From NCBI RefSeq assembly GCF_006345805.1, contig NC_043002.1:95542001-95606000 (forward strand): a stretch of DNA of 64,000 nt, in the 5' to 3' direction. Below are positions 25,183 to 38,624 of the stretch, one piece after another (within the stretch, counting starts at the first letter, position 1; each line of letters begins with the position of its first letter). A model generated the notes under the pieces. The model saw only the letters and a list, made by a program, of their open reading frames with translations. It ran no database searches and was not told where the DNA came from. This DNA comes from Octopus sinensis. Lineage: Eukaryota. The position numbers were made by a program, and so were the translations under genes.

Positions 25183-25904
25183 TACGAGGTCTGATCAAAA
25201 AGTATCAAAACTGTTGCTATGGTAACAGAGCTAAAGTATGCATAGTGAAGCCACCTGACAAAGATTGATTTTAAAGTCTGTTGGGCATGCACACTGAGTT
25301 ATAACATCTCAGTTCACTTCTGTTGTTTATAGCAGTACTTGGAAGTAAAGTGTGTAGAGTGTTGTCATCCAAAAAAAAAGAAGATCAGGTTTCAACTATG
25401 CAAGATTTCCTTGATTGTGTCAAGGAAGGCAAACGCTTTTTGAAAACTGTCATAACAGGTAATGAATTGTGGGTCTATGGACTATGACTCTGAAACCAAG
25501 GCAAAAATCAAACCCCACTTGAAGGAACAAGATTTCAAGATGTCAAGGAAATCCAAGAGAATGCAACAAGGGAGCTGCTTGCTCTTCCAAAGAAAGAAGT
25601 TCCACCAATGGAGACGATTCTGGATAAAGCGTGTGGGTTTCAGAAGGGGACTACTTCGAAGGAAATTCAAATCCCACTTGAAGGAACAAGATTTCAAGAT
25701 GTCAAGGAAATCCAAGAGAATGCAACAAGGGAGCTGCTTGCTCTTCCAAAAAAGAAGTTCCACCAATGGAGACGATTCTGGACAAAGCGTGTGGGTTTCA
25801 GAAGGGGACTACTTCGAAGGAGATTAAGTACCAAAGCTAAAGTGATAAATCTTGTAGTTTTCTTTCTATAGAACCAGTCTTGATACTTTTTGATCAGCTG
25901 TCAT
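25183..25904 (+). mobile_element. Internally deleted mariner element with a 159-bp tandem duplication
   Basis: TIRs tacgaggtctgatcaaaaagtatc... and ...gatactttttgatcag. C-terminal LEGTRFQDVKEIQENATRELLALPKK...WVSEGDYFEGD is duplicated (about 25505-25663 and 25664-25822). Confidence 0.85.
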
Positions 25905-26039
25905 ATATGGGCCATTAAAAGAAATGTCAAGTTTTCACATATCTTTGGATATTTTATGAGTAATTTTACACATCATTTAAAACTGTACTTTTCTTACTTT
26001 ATTTAAAGCTATACTTTTCTTACTTTATATGATATAAAT

Positions 26040-26700
26040 GCATTACTGATACCATCAAATTTCTGTTTTCAGCTTCCTCATGCTCAATGCTGAGTAAGAC
26101 TAAAGCTGGGAGTTTCTCTTGGCTCATTGAAACTCTCAAATATGATAAGATCAATTTCAACTTGTTAAAAGATTACTCACTATTAGCTATTGAAATAGCA
26201 ACCATGAGCAATCTAAATAGCTACTATCAGATTAGGAAGAAAGTTTCTTCTCTATTCTGAACAATAAACTTTAGGTGTTCCTCACTTTTGGAAATGTGAA
26301 TGAATCTGAGTGACTTTTCAGAAGCATCATACAATCCAAAATTTCTTCAAACAGCACAAATCTCTTTACATCGGTTCTATAAAAGTGTCCAAACTTGAGA
26401 TGAATTTTCATTAAGATATTTACGCTATGAATACTGTTGCTTTCATCTGAGTCAAGCAGTAATCCTTTTGCATCTGAAAGAATTCCAATTTTGAATCCAA
26501 GTCATGGAGACGGACAACTCTTTCATCCAATTCATTATGGAGACGATTCAATAGTTTCTTTCATTATTGTCATCATTTCATCTTATGCAGTTAACCATAC
26601 ATCTTTGGCTTTTTCACCAGGCATTTCTTTCTTCTTACTGGAGTGTCTTTCTATTTGATAGTTTCAACCAGCTTCAATCGATCTGTTGATCAGTGCTTTA
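26040..26700 (-). mobile_element. Decayed hAT transposase C-terminus (dimerisation domain)
   Basis: Minus-strand relics KKKEMPGEKAKD and FPNLIVAI...ANSE.SFNKLKLILSYLRVSMSQEKLPALVLLSIEHE (compare ASAERSFSKLKLIKTYLRSTMSQERLSGLALLSIE). Confidence 0.8.
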
Positions 26701-26819
26701 AAAGAAATAACCTTGACGAGTCTTTAAACTATGTGCAGCATTATAACAATTCATGGTATGTTCACAGTCAATCCAAATGATAGTTTTTACCAAAATCAAG
26801 CTCTCACCCAACTCCCCGT

Positions 26820-27200
26820 GTAGATTCACTGATGACTCAGCTTTGGTGGTTCATTGCCTAGAAAATATCAAATCAAACTGAATGTGTAGTGACAACTTTC
26901 AGACTATCATTTAATATAGAAAAAAACTAGTCATGTATCACTCTGAACCTGGAGTACCAGAACATGAACCTTCAATTGTACTAACTGTAAATCAGCCTCT
27001 GAGTGTGATGAAGAAGCTCACATATCTGGATAGTACCATTTCTGATGATCAGAGTATAGACGTGGAGGAGAATCGCCTCACCCAGTCTGTTGTGATCCTT
27101 TCAAGAAGCTCGATGAATTATGAAAAACATCAAAACATAAAACTACCAACAAAATGCAAAGTGTATGGGGCAATAGTACAATTTTGTCTGTTGTATTTTT
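26820..27200 (+). mobile_element. RTE-clade LINE RT fragment
   Basis: FTDDSALVVH; KKLTYLDSTISDDQSIDVE; NIKLPTKCKVYGAIV. Confidence 0.72.
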
Positions 27201-29057
27201 TACCAAGTTGTCCAAACTCTAACAGTGGTTTCAAATTTTTGCACAAGGCCAGCAATTTCAGGGAAGAAGGAAAGTCATTTAGATCAACCCTAGTGCTCAA
27301 CTGCTACTGCAGAATTTGTACTCAGAACATGAAGACAGACAAAATGCCTCTAAGTATTTTGCCTGGCATGCTAATGATTCTGTTAGCTCACTGCCTTTGT
27401 ATAGATTCTAATATTGATTTTAAATTTTGATACAATGCCAGCAAGTTCATGGAGGGGATAAGCCAATTACATTGGTCCCAATATTCAACTGGTATTTATT
27501 TTACCAACCCCAGAAGGATGAAGGGGAAAGTCAACCTCAGCAAAATTTGAACTCAGAACTAAAAATTTTGTCCGGCATGCTAACAACTCTGCCAGCTCGG
27601 TGCCTTTGTACAGACTCTAATATTGACAAATCAAAAAGCTGACCAGCTATGAATGACATCATTTATGATCTATAATAATAATTCTTAGCAAGATGATATA
27701 TCCAACCAAGTGATCCTAAAGCAAGCTAATATGCTTCATATAGAGTCAATCCTACAAGAATTCCATATGATTTACATGGAAACACTAGGATTCCCAAGGC
27801 CATTCTCTCTGATGAGTTAAAGTGTAAAAACCATAGAAGAGCGTGCTGAAATTTTATTGTACAAATAGGATCTAGAAATGATTTAATGAAACTAGTGGCC
27901 TAACTATGACTGTACAAGAGAATACAGCAGCTGACCATAAATAATGATGGAGAGCTGTTTCATTAAGATAAACACTACCAGATGTATACTTTTGTACTTG
28001 TGATACAACTTAGATTAAATCAATTTAATTTAAATAATTATGTAACAGAATTTTGTAATTATACATTTGGTGATATTTACCTTAAAGAAACAGCTGCCAA
28101 GCACAATTAAAGTGTGGGTTTTATGTGAAATTTATACTTTTATGCTATATATATATCAGAGCTGGCTCCAGGTCATTAGCGTCAATCAGGCTCAACAGAT
28201 TTCACATAAGGCATGTATAAAAGAAGGTAAGAAATGTAATGCAGACCACAGACTTATATGTGCACAGATAATTTAATGGTAAGCAAGTTTGCTGCTTCTA
28301 ACGAAAGAATGACCCATGGTTTTCCACAATATTTCTAGCCCCATATGGTTTATTTTTTATATCTAACACTACAACTTCTCCATTTCTAAGTTAAGGGTAA
28401 AAATGAGGCAACCATGCAAAACACAACTGGTCTTTACACACAGACGATATTTCTGTAATAGACTTCCCAAGTTTTAACACAAAATTTCACGTTGGCTCTT
28501 TTTACACAATCAAAATAATGAAAGCAGAGTGCACAACATACATCACCAATCTGACTGTCGCCTGTACTCTTGACAAAAGATGTCAGTTCTTTACACCTAC
28601 CAGACTCATTCATATTAGCCTGAGTTGCTGGATAATTTTTCGTTCAAGAATATTGTAGAAAGGAAACTTTTCATAGATTGGAATTTAAATCCTAATCGCT
28701 AAAGAAATTTATTGTTTCAAAAAAAACACTGAATTTTAATTACTTTTAATTTTTATGATTACGGGTAATGATTTGGACGGTAACTTCTGAGTCTGAGTCA
28801 GGTGCATGTGAACGATGTCTATAGAATGTACGCTATGAATATCTTTTGACACAAGGCACCTCTAAGATGACTGCCAGATACTGAACAAAAATAAATGAAC
28901 TGCGACCAGGCTCAACAAAAAGCGCCCAAGTTATTGGCTGGAATTACATGCTTGAAGTCAGTGTTAGCAGAAATTAAATCAGTTTGCAAATACACATTTA
29001 CTTTACTAAAGTTATACTTGGGCTAAGCCTAAGCAGCCCATGTGCCGGAATCACCAT

Positions 29058-29132
<75 letters not shown>

Positions 29133-29226
29133 TATAAAACAATACTAGCAGGATAAGAGACGGAATGAAGCAAAAATTCGAAAATTCGAAAATTTGAACG
29201 AGCCCGACGCGAAGCGCTGTCAGACA

Positions 29227-29550
29227 ATAGTGTAATAAATAAAATATATGCATACATACAAACATATATGTACGTACCGACATCTACATGTATATATACA
29301 TGCATATATAAATATATATACGTACAGGACACCACAAAAAGACAAAACTCAACAGAAACGAAAACGGAAAAGCCATTTCGTCTCTGTCTTTCTGTTGTAA
29401 CAAAATGGCTTTTCCGTTTTCGTTTCTGTTGAGTTTTACATCTTTTTGTGGTGTCCTGTACGTATATATATTTATATATGCATGTATATATACATGTAGA
29501 TGTTGGTACGTACATATATGCTTGTATGTATGCATATATTTTATTTATTA

Positions 29551-29556
<6 letters not shown>
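29227..29556. repeat. Foldback inverted duplication, ~152-bp arms, 24-bp spacer
   Basis: 29227-29378 versus 29403-29556, about 3 differences. Flanked by (TA)n tracts. Confidence 0.92.
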
Positions 29557-29591
<35 letters not shown>

Positions 29592-29654
29592 TACATATAT
29601 GAGGTGGTATCACAAGGTTCCTAGACTAGTTATGTTTAATACAAAATAACTTAT

Positions 29655-30030
29655 TTTACTCTTTTACTTGTTTCAGTCATGTGACTGTGGCCATGCTGGA
29701 GCACCTCCTTTAGTCAACCAAATTGACCCCAGGACTTATTCTTTGTAAGCCTAGTACTTATTCTATAGGTCTCTTTTGCCAAACTGCTAAGTTATGGGGA
29801 TGTAAACACACCAGCATCAGTTGTCAAGCAATGTTGGAAGGGGACAAACTCAGACACACAAACATATATACACACACACTTATATATGTATATACATATA
29901 TATGACAGGCTTCTTTCAGCTTCCGTCAACCAAATCCACTCACAAGGCTTTGGTCAGCCTGAGGCTATAGTAGAAGACACTAGCCCAAGGTGCCACGCAG
30001 TGGGACTGAACCTGGAACCATGTGGTTCAT
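29655..30030 (-). mobile_element. SINE family A nested in the mariner
   Basis: Reverse complement of the family A tail at 29655-29710 and of the body to about 30030. Confidence 0.85.
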
Positions 30031-30540
30031 CAGCAAGAACATCATCTCCTTTGAAATAGTCACCTTGAGCAGCAATACACCAGTCTCACAGTTCCTGCCA
30101 CTTTTGGAATCTGGCCTGGAAGTCACTTTCCATAAGTGGGTCAAGGACCTTCTGCAAATCACTCTGGACCTCTACAACAGTATTAAAGTGAAGACCTTTG
30201 AGCTGCATTTTCATCTTGGAGAAGAAATAGAAGTTTGCGGGTGACAAATCTAGTGAATAGGCTGGGTGTGGAAGCAATACCATGTTGTTTTCGATGAGAA
30301 ACTTATGAGTGAGGAGAGCTCGGTGACAGGGTGCATTGTTGCTGTGTAGTATTCAATTCTTTGCATGACACAGATCTGGTCGCTTTCACCAAATGTCCTC
30401 CCTTAATGCTTCAAAATGTTGCAGTTGATTTCTTGATTGATGGTCTAGCCCTGAGAGACAAATTTTTTTAGGCATAATAGCATGGAAGTCAAAAAGCAAT
30501 GAGCATGCTCTTGATTGAGCTGTGGCTTTTGAAGTGCCCA

Positions 30541-30975
30541 CTTCTTCTTCTTCTTACAGCATTCGCCCAGGGTGGGTTGAGCTGGCTTCATTCATCCTCA
30601 CTGCTGCATCTCTCACAAACGCCGACCAGGCCTATCGATTTGAGGCTAACAACCGCGTAATCTCCAACCACTCCATATTCCAGCGGCGAATGCTGTAGAT
30701 ATGGGGGCCTAGGTTGGGTTCCAGATCAGCCTTGACCGTCATCAGCCAGGTTTTTCGTTGTCCACCACGACGCTTTCACCAACCCTGAAGGGGAGCTGGG
30801 GCAATTGCTTCGTAGATGTATTCTCCTGGTTGACAACGGAGGGCATGACCCAGCAAACGCAGGCATCTCGTTAGGATGACTTGTTGGAGGAAGGTGATTC
30901 TGCATTGGTGTCGCACCAAATTGCTGGAGACAAAGTGATGCCATCGGACACGAAGGATGCGGTCGCTTCAAACAT
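30541..30975 (-). mobile_element. 5'-truncated RTE-clade LINE 3' end nested in the mariner, (GAA)n tail
   Basis: Minus: LRVRWHHFVSSNLVRHQC...RCLRLLGHALR...KRRGGQRKTWLMTVKADL; (CTT)n at 30541-30554. Confidence 0.8.
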
Positions 30976-33065
30976 TGATTGATTACAACCCATTACTTCA
31001 TCACCACCGTAAGCTTGCTGAAACACGCTCAATATTTCTGTAATAGACTTCCCAAGTTTTAACACAAAATTTCACGTTGGCTCTTTGTTCCAACTTCCTC
31101 TCCATGACAAAAATCACAGACTACAGCATAAACATGATCACTAAAACACAAATTTCATAAATTGAGGAGTAAACACAATGATATCACTTGGCACACTGCC
31201 TCATGAGAGTCACTGCTAGCTCCCTCTGTGCATGCAACTACAGAGAACAACATTAGTTGGCGCACTACAGAACTAGTCCAGGAATTCTTTGATACCACCT
31301 CGTATGTGTGTGTATGTTTATGTATGTGTGTTTGAGTGTATGTGAATGTGCATATGTATGTGCGTGCATGCATGTATGTGTGGTGCATACATACATACAT
31401 GCATACATACATAATACATACATACATACATAAAATACATACATACATACCTGCATGCATGCTTAATACGTCATAGATGTCTGAAGAAAGATGACGAGAT
31501 GGTCATGACTGAAACAACCTCTTTGTTATCGCTATCATTTAATGACCATCAAACACAATCAGTACTTTACCTCATCTTTCATTCTTCATCTTGTTTGGTT
31601 TTGTGCCGTTTCTCATTCTTGTAAAAAAAAAAAAAATTAAAAAAAAAAAAGATAAACATCTGATAAAACTAATTCATCAATCAGGCTATCCAATATTTTG
31701 AACTTCCACTTTCATGAGAAACCGTATCTCTAACAAATCATTGAGAAATTTCACCTTAGCTTTTATTGGTTATTTGATAACTTGCTCTTATATCATAGCA
31801 TAGAATATATTCTAGAAAATGTGCGAATTTCAATTTTAGAACTTGACAAATACTGCAAAGGTTGTAAATTGGACAGGATATTTGAGTGGTTAGGAGAATT
31901 TATTAAACTGTCTTTGTAACTAAATTTGAATAACGGAAGAAATAATTACGTCTCAGTACCTGAATATTATTTCATTTTTCAAATGATTATAATCTTTATC
32001 GTAAGTGGTGACAAAAGAAACGTCGTGTCCTTTTACATCAATCACATTTATAAGGCAAAGATTTAGTTCATTTTCCTGCTGTGCTCACTTAATGATCTCA
32101 GCTGTATTTTTTCTTTTCCTTCAATTTTTTTTTATTTATTTTTCCTCTTTTCCTTCAATTTTACTTTCTTTCTCCTTAGTTTTTCGTTAAGACTCTGCGG
32201 CTGTCTTCCCCATTTTCTGCATCAGCTCTTTTCGATTTCTTTGCTTTTTGCAGCATAAAATTAAAAATAGCAATTCTATCACCTAACTACTTGAATTTGT
32301 GGTCTGCTTTTAGAGATGATGGCGTCTGAAGAGAGACAAGTTTCACTCCATTATCTGTCAACCCTAATCAGATTGCCCCAAGAAACAGTAACTTTCTGTC
32401 AAAAACTATTCAGAATTTTAAAACTCCATATGTAATTGCACATTCGCTTTCCATCTTTCCAGATTACCATTATAACCTTTGATGGATGTATAATCTACTG
32501 TAAATGGTGCAAATTTTCTTTTTATTTTTTACTTGCCTTTACTTCTTTTTTTCTTTCTTTCATTCATTCTTTACTAACAGAAATCTTAAATATCCAAAGC
32601 AGTTGTCATTTTCCCATCAATTTTTTCCAGCTGATGAAATTATCATCTCAACTTGGAAATTTAGTTCTTCCATCAGACAGACACCTACCTGCACCTACAG
32701 TCATCTATTCAAATATGTAAGGACATTTACATGGAGATTTCAATACATGTGACTATTTCAATGAAATTTTTTACTGCCTTTGAATACTTTATTAATGAAA
32801 GATGCAAAAATGACCAAGACAGCAGAGCAGTGGATATTCATCCAAGGTGTCTGGGTTTCATATCCTGTCACCAGCACTATGTTGTATCAGAAGCTTAGAC
32901 ATTTACATTTCAAATGACAAAATCTTTCTTGTTGAAAATTTGCATTGCAAATTATTAAAAACTTGTTGCTATCATCAATGCCAATATTAAATTTGTCAGC
33001 TTTACAAACTTAGCTTACAGTGGTAATCACCATATTTAATGTTGTAAGCATTAAAACATATATGT

Positions 33066-33445
33066 GGAGGCGCAATGGCCCAGTGGTTAGGGCAGCAGAC
33101 TCGCGGTCGTAGGATCACGGTTTCGATTCCCAGACCGGGCGTTGTGAGTGTTTATTGAGCGAAAACACCTAAAGCTCCACGAGGTTCTGGCAGGGATGGT
33201 GGTGATCCCTGCTGTACTCTTTCACCACAACTTTCTCTCACTCTTACTTCCTGTTTCTGTTGTACCTGTATTTCAAAGGGCCGGCCTTGTCACTCTCTGT
33301 GTCACGCTGAATATCCCCGAGAACTACGTTAAGGGTACACGTGTCTGTGGAGTGCTCAGCCACTTACACGTTAATTTCATGAGCAGGCTGTTCCGTTGAT
33401 CGGATCAACCGGAACCCCCGTCGTCGTAACCGACGGAGTGCTTCT
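33066..33445 (+). mobile_element. tRNA-derived SINE family C, full length, 13-bp TSD
   Basis: TSD aaaacatatatgt at 33053-33065 and 33453-33465. Confidence 0.92.
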
Positions 33446-33470
33446 AAAAATAAAAACATATATGTATATA

Positions 33471-34743
33471 CAGGGGTTGGACAAAATAATGGAAACACCT
33501 TAAAATTTCAAACAAATTTATTTTAATATAGGGTTGAACTACCTTTGGCAGTAATTACAGCTTGAATTCTATGAGGTCTGGACTCGTACAAAGTTTGAAT
33601 TGTTTCCAAAGGAATTTTTGTCCATTCTTCAGCTAAAACAGTCTCCAGTTCTTGTAGTGATGATGGTGGAGGATATTGACTCCTTACTTGTTTTTCTAAA
33701 ATGCATCATAAATGTTCAATAATATTGAGATCTGGGGACTGTGGTGGCAAGATAAGATGTTCAGCTTCACTAGAATGTTCTTGATGCCATTCAGTAACAA
33801 GTTTAGCTGTGTGAATTGGTGCATTATCATCCTGAAAGATTGCGTTTTCCTCTGGAAACAGTTCTGCAGTCATAGGATGAATTTGATCAGATAACATGCT
33901 TAAATAGTCTTGACTATTAATTCTGCCATGAAGGGAAACCATTGGGTCAGTGGATTTCCAAGATGTAGCCCCCCAAATCATCACAGATCACCCTCCATGT
34001 TTAACAGTTGGAAGAAGGCAGTCTGAGTCAAATGCTTCTTTTGGCTGTCTCCACACGTACACTCGGCCGGTTGTTGGAAATAAGGTAAAAGATGAGTCGT
34101 CCGAGAAAATAACATTCTTCCACTGCTCTAGGAACCAATTCTGTAGGTTTTTACTCCACTCTAAATGCTTTGTAATGTTTGTTTTTGAAAGTAGTGGTTT
34201 TCTGATTGCAGCCCTTCCATGAAATCCAGCTTTGTGCAGCTCCCGGCGAACAGTTTTTGTGGAAACTGGGTTCTCAAGGTGGTCATTAAGCTCTGCAGTA
34301 ATTTTGGGAACTGTACTTTTGTGATCCTTTCTAACAATTCATGTAGGTGTCTGATGGATCCTATCTGAAAGTATTGGTTTTCTTCCAGAGTTTTGTTTTG
34401 ACGAGGAGGTTTTTCCCTCTTTCTCAAAGGCTGTCATTACTTTCGAGACAGTACTTCTTGATACGCCAAACATTTTGGCTGTTTTCGTTAAGCTAGCTCC
34501 TGCCATATGAGCACCAACAATTTGACCGCTTTGAAAGTTTGGTAGATCTGTCATTTTAATGAATTTTAATTACCTTTTTCTATTGATATTTGAAAAGAAG
34601 CAGCAATTTTAGCAAAACATATTAATCAGCACTAATAATAAATTGAAACGCATAAAAATAAACAAGCTTTTGATAGTTTTATAGATATTTCAAAATTATG
34701 ATGCTATGATGCTAGGTGTTTCCAGTATTTTGTCCAGCCCCTT
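33471..34743 (-). mobile_element. Full-length, inactivated Tc1-family transposon (about 1.27 kb)
   Basis: 30-bp TIRs caggggttggacaaaataatggaaacacct / aggtgtttccagtattttgtccagcccctt, TA on the left. HTH region MTDLPNFQSGQIVGAHMAGAS...GVSRSTVSKV; DDE region FQDDNAPIHTAK...PPQSPDLNIIEHL. Split by frameshifts. Confidence 0.93.
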
Positions 34744-35302
34744 CACACTTATTTCGTTCTTTCCATTCTTCTTTATTTCATTCCCCCTCACATTTCCTGG
34801 CTTTCTCTTCATTCTCACCATCCCTCCTGTTTCACTTCACTCTGTCCCTTTCCTTTTTTCTCGTCCCTCCCTAATTCTTCTATCCCTCTGCTTCTACCTC
34901 TCTCTCTCTCTCTCTTCTCTCTCCACATGACTGGTATTCAGCCAAGCCTGACCTTTCTTTCTTAGTTTGACTACCATCCATGCAACATCTATATTCCTCA
35001 CCATGCCTGTCATCCCTTATATCCCTGCCGTAAGGTTTCACTTCCACACACGCCAGCTTAATTTAATTCACCCTTAGTCGAAAGACACATGTTGTTAATG
35101 TCTTTTATTTGCATTTGTATTTGTGTACCTTTTCTCCGTTTTATCCATGGAGCAATCTCAAGTATATCTAGCCAAAATTGCAAAGATAATCTGGAACTCG
35201 ACTGAAGAAAGAAAACTCCGAATGACCTGTCCTTGTTTTTTTTTTTTTTTTGCATTGTCTGTCTGGATGTTTTGTGTTCTTGCCTCATTTTTGGCATTCC
35301 TT

Positions 35303-35365
<63 letters not shown>

Positions 35366-35400
35366 TGAAATTATGTGGTGAGGCAAAAACAACATTATTT

Positions 35401-35760
35401 CAATGACATATATTATTTTAATCAATTCAGCAAGTATGAAAGATAACTCTGAACTTGTTTTAGTATTATTAAACTTCTTCAGTGAAGCCTAGTCTTCACC
35501 ATACTTGCTGAAGTAAGGATAAGAAAACCACTACATAGAGGTACAATACTGTATGCATGTAGGCTTGTGAAATTAACATTATCTCAATGAGTTATATCAT
35601 TTCAATAAATTCAACAAGTACAGAAGACAACTCTAGGCATGTTTCAGTATCATTGAACCTCTTTGGAGAAGCCTAGACAGTACCATGCTTGCTGAGGTAA
35701 TGATAAGACCACTCTGTAAATGTACAATACAGTATGTAAGTAGGCTTGTAAGATTAGTAT
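35401..35760 (+). repeat. Old 184-bp-period tandem duplication
   Basis: 35401-35584 versus 35585-35760 (for example gaagcctag...ccat.cttgctga.gtaa.gataaga...tacaatac.gtatg). Confidence 0.75.
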
Positions 35761-36224
35761 ATTCAGGACAACAGAATCCTTGATGTTAATTACAGTCTTA
35801 ACTTGGCTATTTTTGAGGGTAAGGTTTGAACAAGTATGATTCCCTCAAGACACACTACATGAAGACAAAGTCTTCATAGGTGCCCAATATGTTATAATAA
35901 CTGAACAAGCCTGATACTTCTTGTAGAGCTTCATAAAGCCAAAATGACTGAATAATAATATTCTAAAGAGTTCAATATGTATTTAAGCATTGATTCAAAT
36001 GACATTTGACATTTAAGCTAATGGAGAATAAATCAGAGAAATACTAGGCTGAATAGCTAGACAGTGAAATCAATAAGGACATTTCAATGGAGATATAGTA
36101 AGAGAAATACCAAACAGTACATCAGTAATTTTAAAGTTCATACTTTTTCCAATAAGTCATTTATATAAATTAGGTTAAAAACAAAAACAAGGTTCAAAGC
36201 ATCAACACATTCATATTAATGATA

Positions 36225-36516
36225 TCTTTATATATAAAAGTGAAGTTGTGTGTCTGTCTCCTACGATTTAGATTCCTAACTACTCCCACATTTTGCGGTG
36301 CAGTGTAACCAAAAGCGGGTATCTTATAGTTGTGATTCATATCGAGCCCTTCTGGGTATTAGCACGATGAGTCTACGATTTAAAAAAAAATTTACCATCA
36401 TTTTTTCCCATTTTTAATGCATTTTTTTTGCTATTATATAAGGGAAGTAACTCTCTAAAAATGCTTATGTAGTTATTTCCCTTACAAACCCAAGCAACGC
36501 CGGGCGATACTGCTAG
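36225..36516 (+). mobile_element. Non-autonomous Helitron
   Basis: A|TCTTTATATATAAAAG...CCCAAGCAACGCCGGGCGATACTGCTAG|T. Confidence 0.88.
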
Positions 36517-37409
36517 TCTAATATATAGCTGAGGCCACACATATGAGAAAGGACACAGCTGATTAAACCAGCCCCAGTTCTTTACTAGTACATTATTTTT
36601 CTAACCCCAGAGTGATGAAAGGTAAAGTTAGTCTCTCAGGGATTTGAATTCAGAACATAAGTTTCTGGAAAAAATATCATTAGACAGTTTGTCCAATTCA
36701 GGATTCTGCCATCCTAAATAATTGCTTCTAACATAAGCACATACCCTGAGATTTGAATGGATGAAGTCAATCTGTTAAATCAGTCTTGGCACCTAACTCG
36801 TACTTTATTTTACTTTTCACTGAAGTGTAACGTCAGCTTTGATGTGATTTGAACTCTGAATGTAAAGAGACCACAACTAAATGCCATTAAATATTTTGTC
36901 CAACATTCTACCAGTTCTGCCAGTCTATCATGCTTAGAAACATTTTATTAGCAAACTAAACTTAAGCATGGCTGTGTAGTAAGAAGTTTGCTTCCCAACC
37001 ATAAGGTCTTGGTTTAGTCTCACTGCATGATGCCATGACTAGCTGTGTTCTACTACAATCCAGGGCCAACCAAAGCTTTATGAGTGGACTTGATAGATAG
37101 AAAAACATGGGGCTATGTTGTAACTATCTTACTAGAGTTCAAAAGTTCTCTTGTTTTATGGAGAGAACATGGCTCAAATGTGTATCTGTTTAAGATACAG
37201 TTTCATTGGCAGAGGATGATCACATGAATAGGCTTTGTAATTTTTGTAAGTTTACTAGGCCAAAGTCCATCAGTTAATGTCACGTGACAATATTTTTTGC
37301 CCAGAAAGTTAAGACTGACATGGTTGAGCAAACTTGTCTAGTGACGGTCCCAAACAATCAGGGCCCTCTAAATTTAATCTGTCAAGTGTTAACGTGGACA
37401 GGAATTGTG

Positions 37410-37755
37410 CGGGCATGGCCGTGTGGTTAGGGAGCTTGCTTCCTAGCTACATGGTTTCGGGTTCAGTCCCACTGCGTGGCACTTTGGGTAGGTATCTTCC
37501 ACTATAGCCCCGAGCCGACCGGAGCTTTGTGATTGAATTCGGTAGGTGGAAGTTACTGCCGTGTGTGTATATGTGCATGTAGGTGCTTGTGCCTCTCCGA
37601 AAGGGAGAGAGGGAAAAACTACCTCGCTTGGTAACAGATGGGGGTTGGCGTCAGGAAGGGCATCCGGCCGTAGAAAGCTTGCCACACGCTTAGCGCTGCG
37701 TATATGTACATACATTTAGTCCAACCCATGCTAGCATGGAAAGCGGACGTTAAAC

Positions 37756-37795
<40 letters not shown>
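37410..37795 (+). mobile_element. SINE with the family A head but tail 2 (RTE-type), ending in (GAT)n
   Basis: Head gggcatggccgtgtggttagggagcttgcttcc...ggttcagtccc; tail aggaagggcatcc...ccaacccatgctagcatggaaagcggacgttaaac(gat)n. Confidence 0.85.
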
Positions 37796-38141
37796 TAGTC
37801 AATAAATATTGTTAGATTTCTTTTATTGTGTATAGGTTAGAGTTTGTGTGGCTTGTTGATGTTATTCCAGCCATGGTTTGCGTAAATATATATTTGGGTA
37901 GAGGAGGGAGTACTTACAAAAGTTTCTAAGCCTATTCACTTGATCATCCCATGCCAATCAAATTGTATCCTAAACAGATACTAATTTGAACTATGTTCAC
38001 TCCATAAAAACAAGAGCATTTTCAAACTCTGATCAGAAGCAAGACAACTACAGCATAGCCCCATATCTTTCTATCTCATTTAACTTTATCATCTTAAAGA
38101 CTCCCAATGCCTTTTCAACTTCTTATATATATGTATATATA

Positions 38142-38212
<71 letters not shown>

Positions 38213-38325
38213 CAAAAGGATGTGTTATAATACTATTCCACAGCCATACCAACAACCCAACATACCTCCATCATCAGCTGCCCCTCAGATATCACTATGG
38301 TTTTGACACTTGGGTAGATAGAAAC

Positions 38326-38364
<39 letters not shown>

Positions 38365-38367
<3 letters not shown>

Positions 38368-38595
38368 CTTTACTACCCACAAGGGGCTAAACACAGAGGG
38401 GGACAAACAAGGACAGACAAAGGGATTAAGTCGATTACATCGACCCCAGTGCGTAACTGGTACTTAATTTATCGACCCCGAAAGGATGAAAGGCAAAGTC
38501 GACCTCGGTGGAATTTGAACTCGGAACGTAACGACAGACGAAATACGGCTACGAATTTCGCCTGGCGTGCTAACGTTTCTACCAGCTCGCCACCT
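38365..38595 (-). mobile_element. SINE family B, well preserved
   Basis: Minus: ggcgagctggtagaaacgttagcacgccagg...gactttgcctttcatcctttcggggtcgataaattaagtacc...aaagaaat. Confidence 0.85.
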
Positions 38596-38624
38596 TCTAT
38601 ATATATATATATATATTTATATAT

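Larger units (their letters stand above)
29598..31304 (-). mobile_element. Mariner element with TIRs, carrying nested SINE and RTE insertions
   Basis: 33-bp TIRs tatgaggtggtatcacaaggttcctagactagt / actagtccaggaattctttgataccacctcgta. Transposase relics KLGKSITEILSVFQQAYG and LPHPAYSLDLSPANFYFFSKMKMQLKG. Confidence 0.88.

Noticed and set aside
28760-28830. Possible small exon or promoter near the CpG-containing patch (also 29140-29230)
   Set aside because: Short open frame with a weak donor and no recognisable peptide or core-promoter motif.
31476-31535. Further hammerhead-like strings (31481 ctgaaga...gaaacaa; also about 1826, 4503, 5015, 45225)
   Set aside because: Each lacks a pairable stem I or II or part of the core. 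They may be older decayed PLE tails but cannot be supported individually.
31990-32830. Lys/Glu-rich minus-strand coding-like region
   Set aside because: Many stops in all frames and no motif I can assign; possibly an ancient transposase relic.
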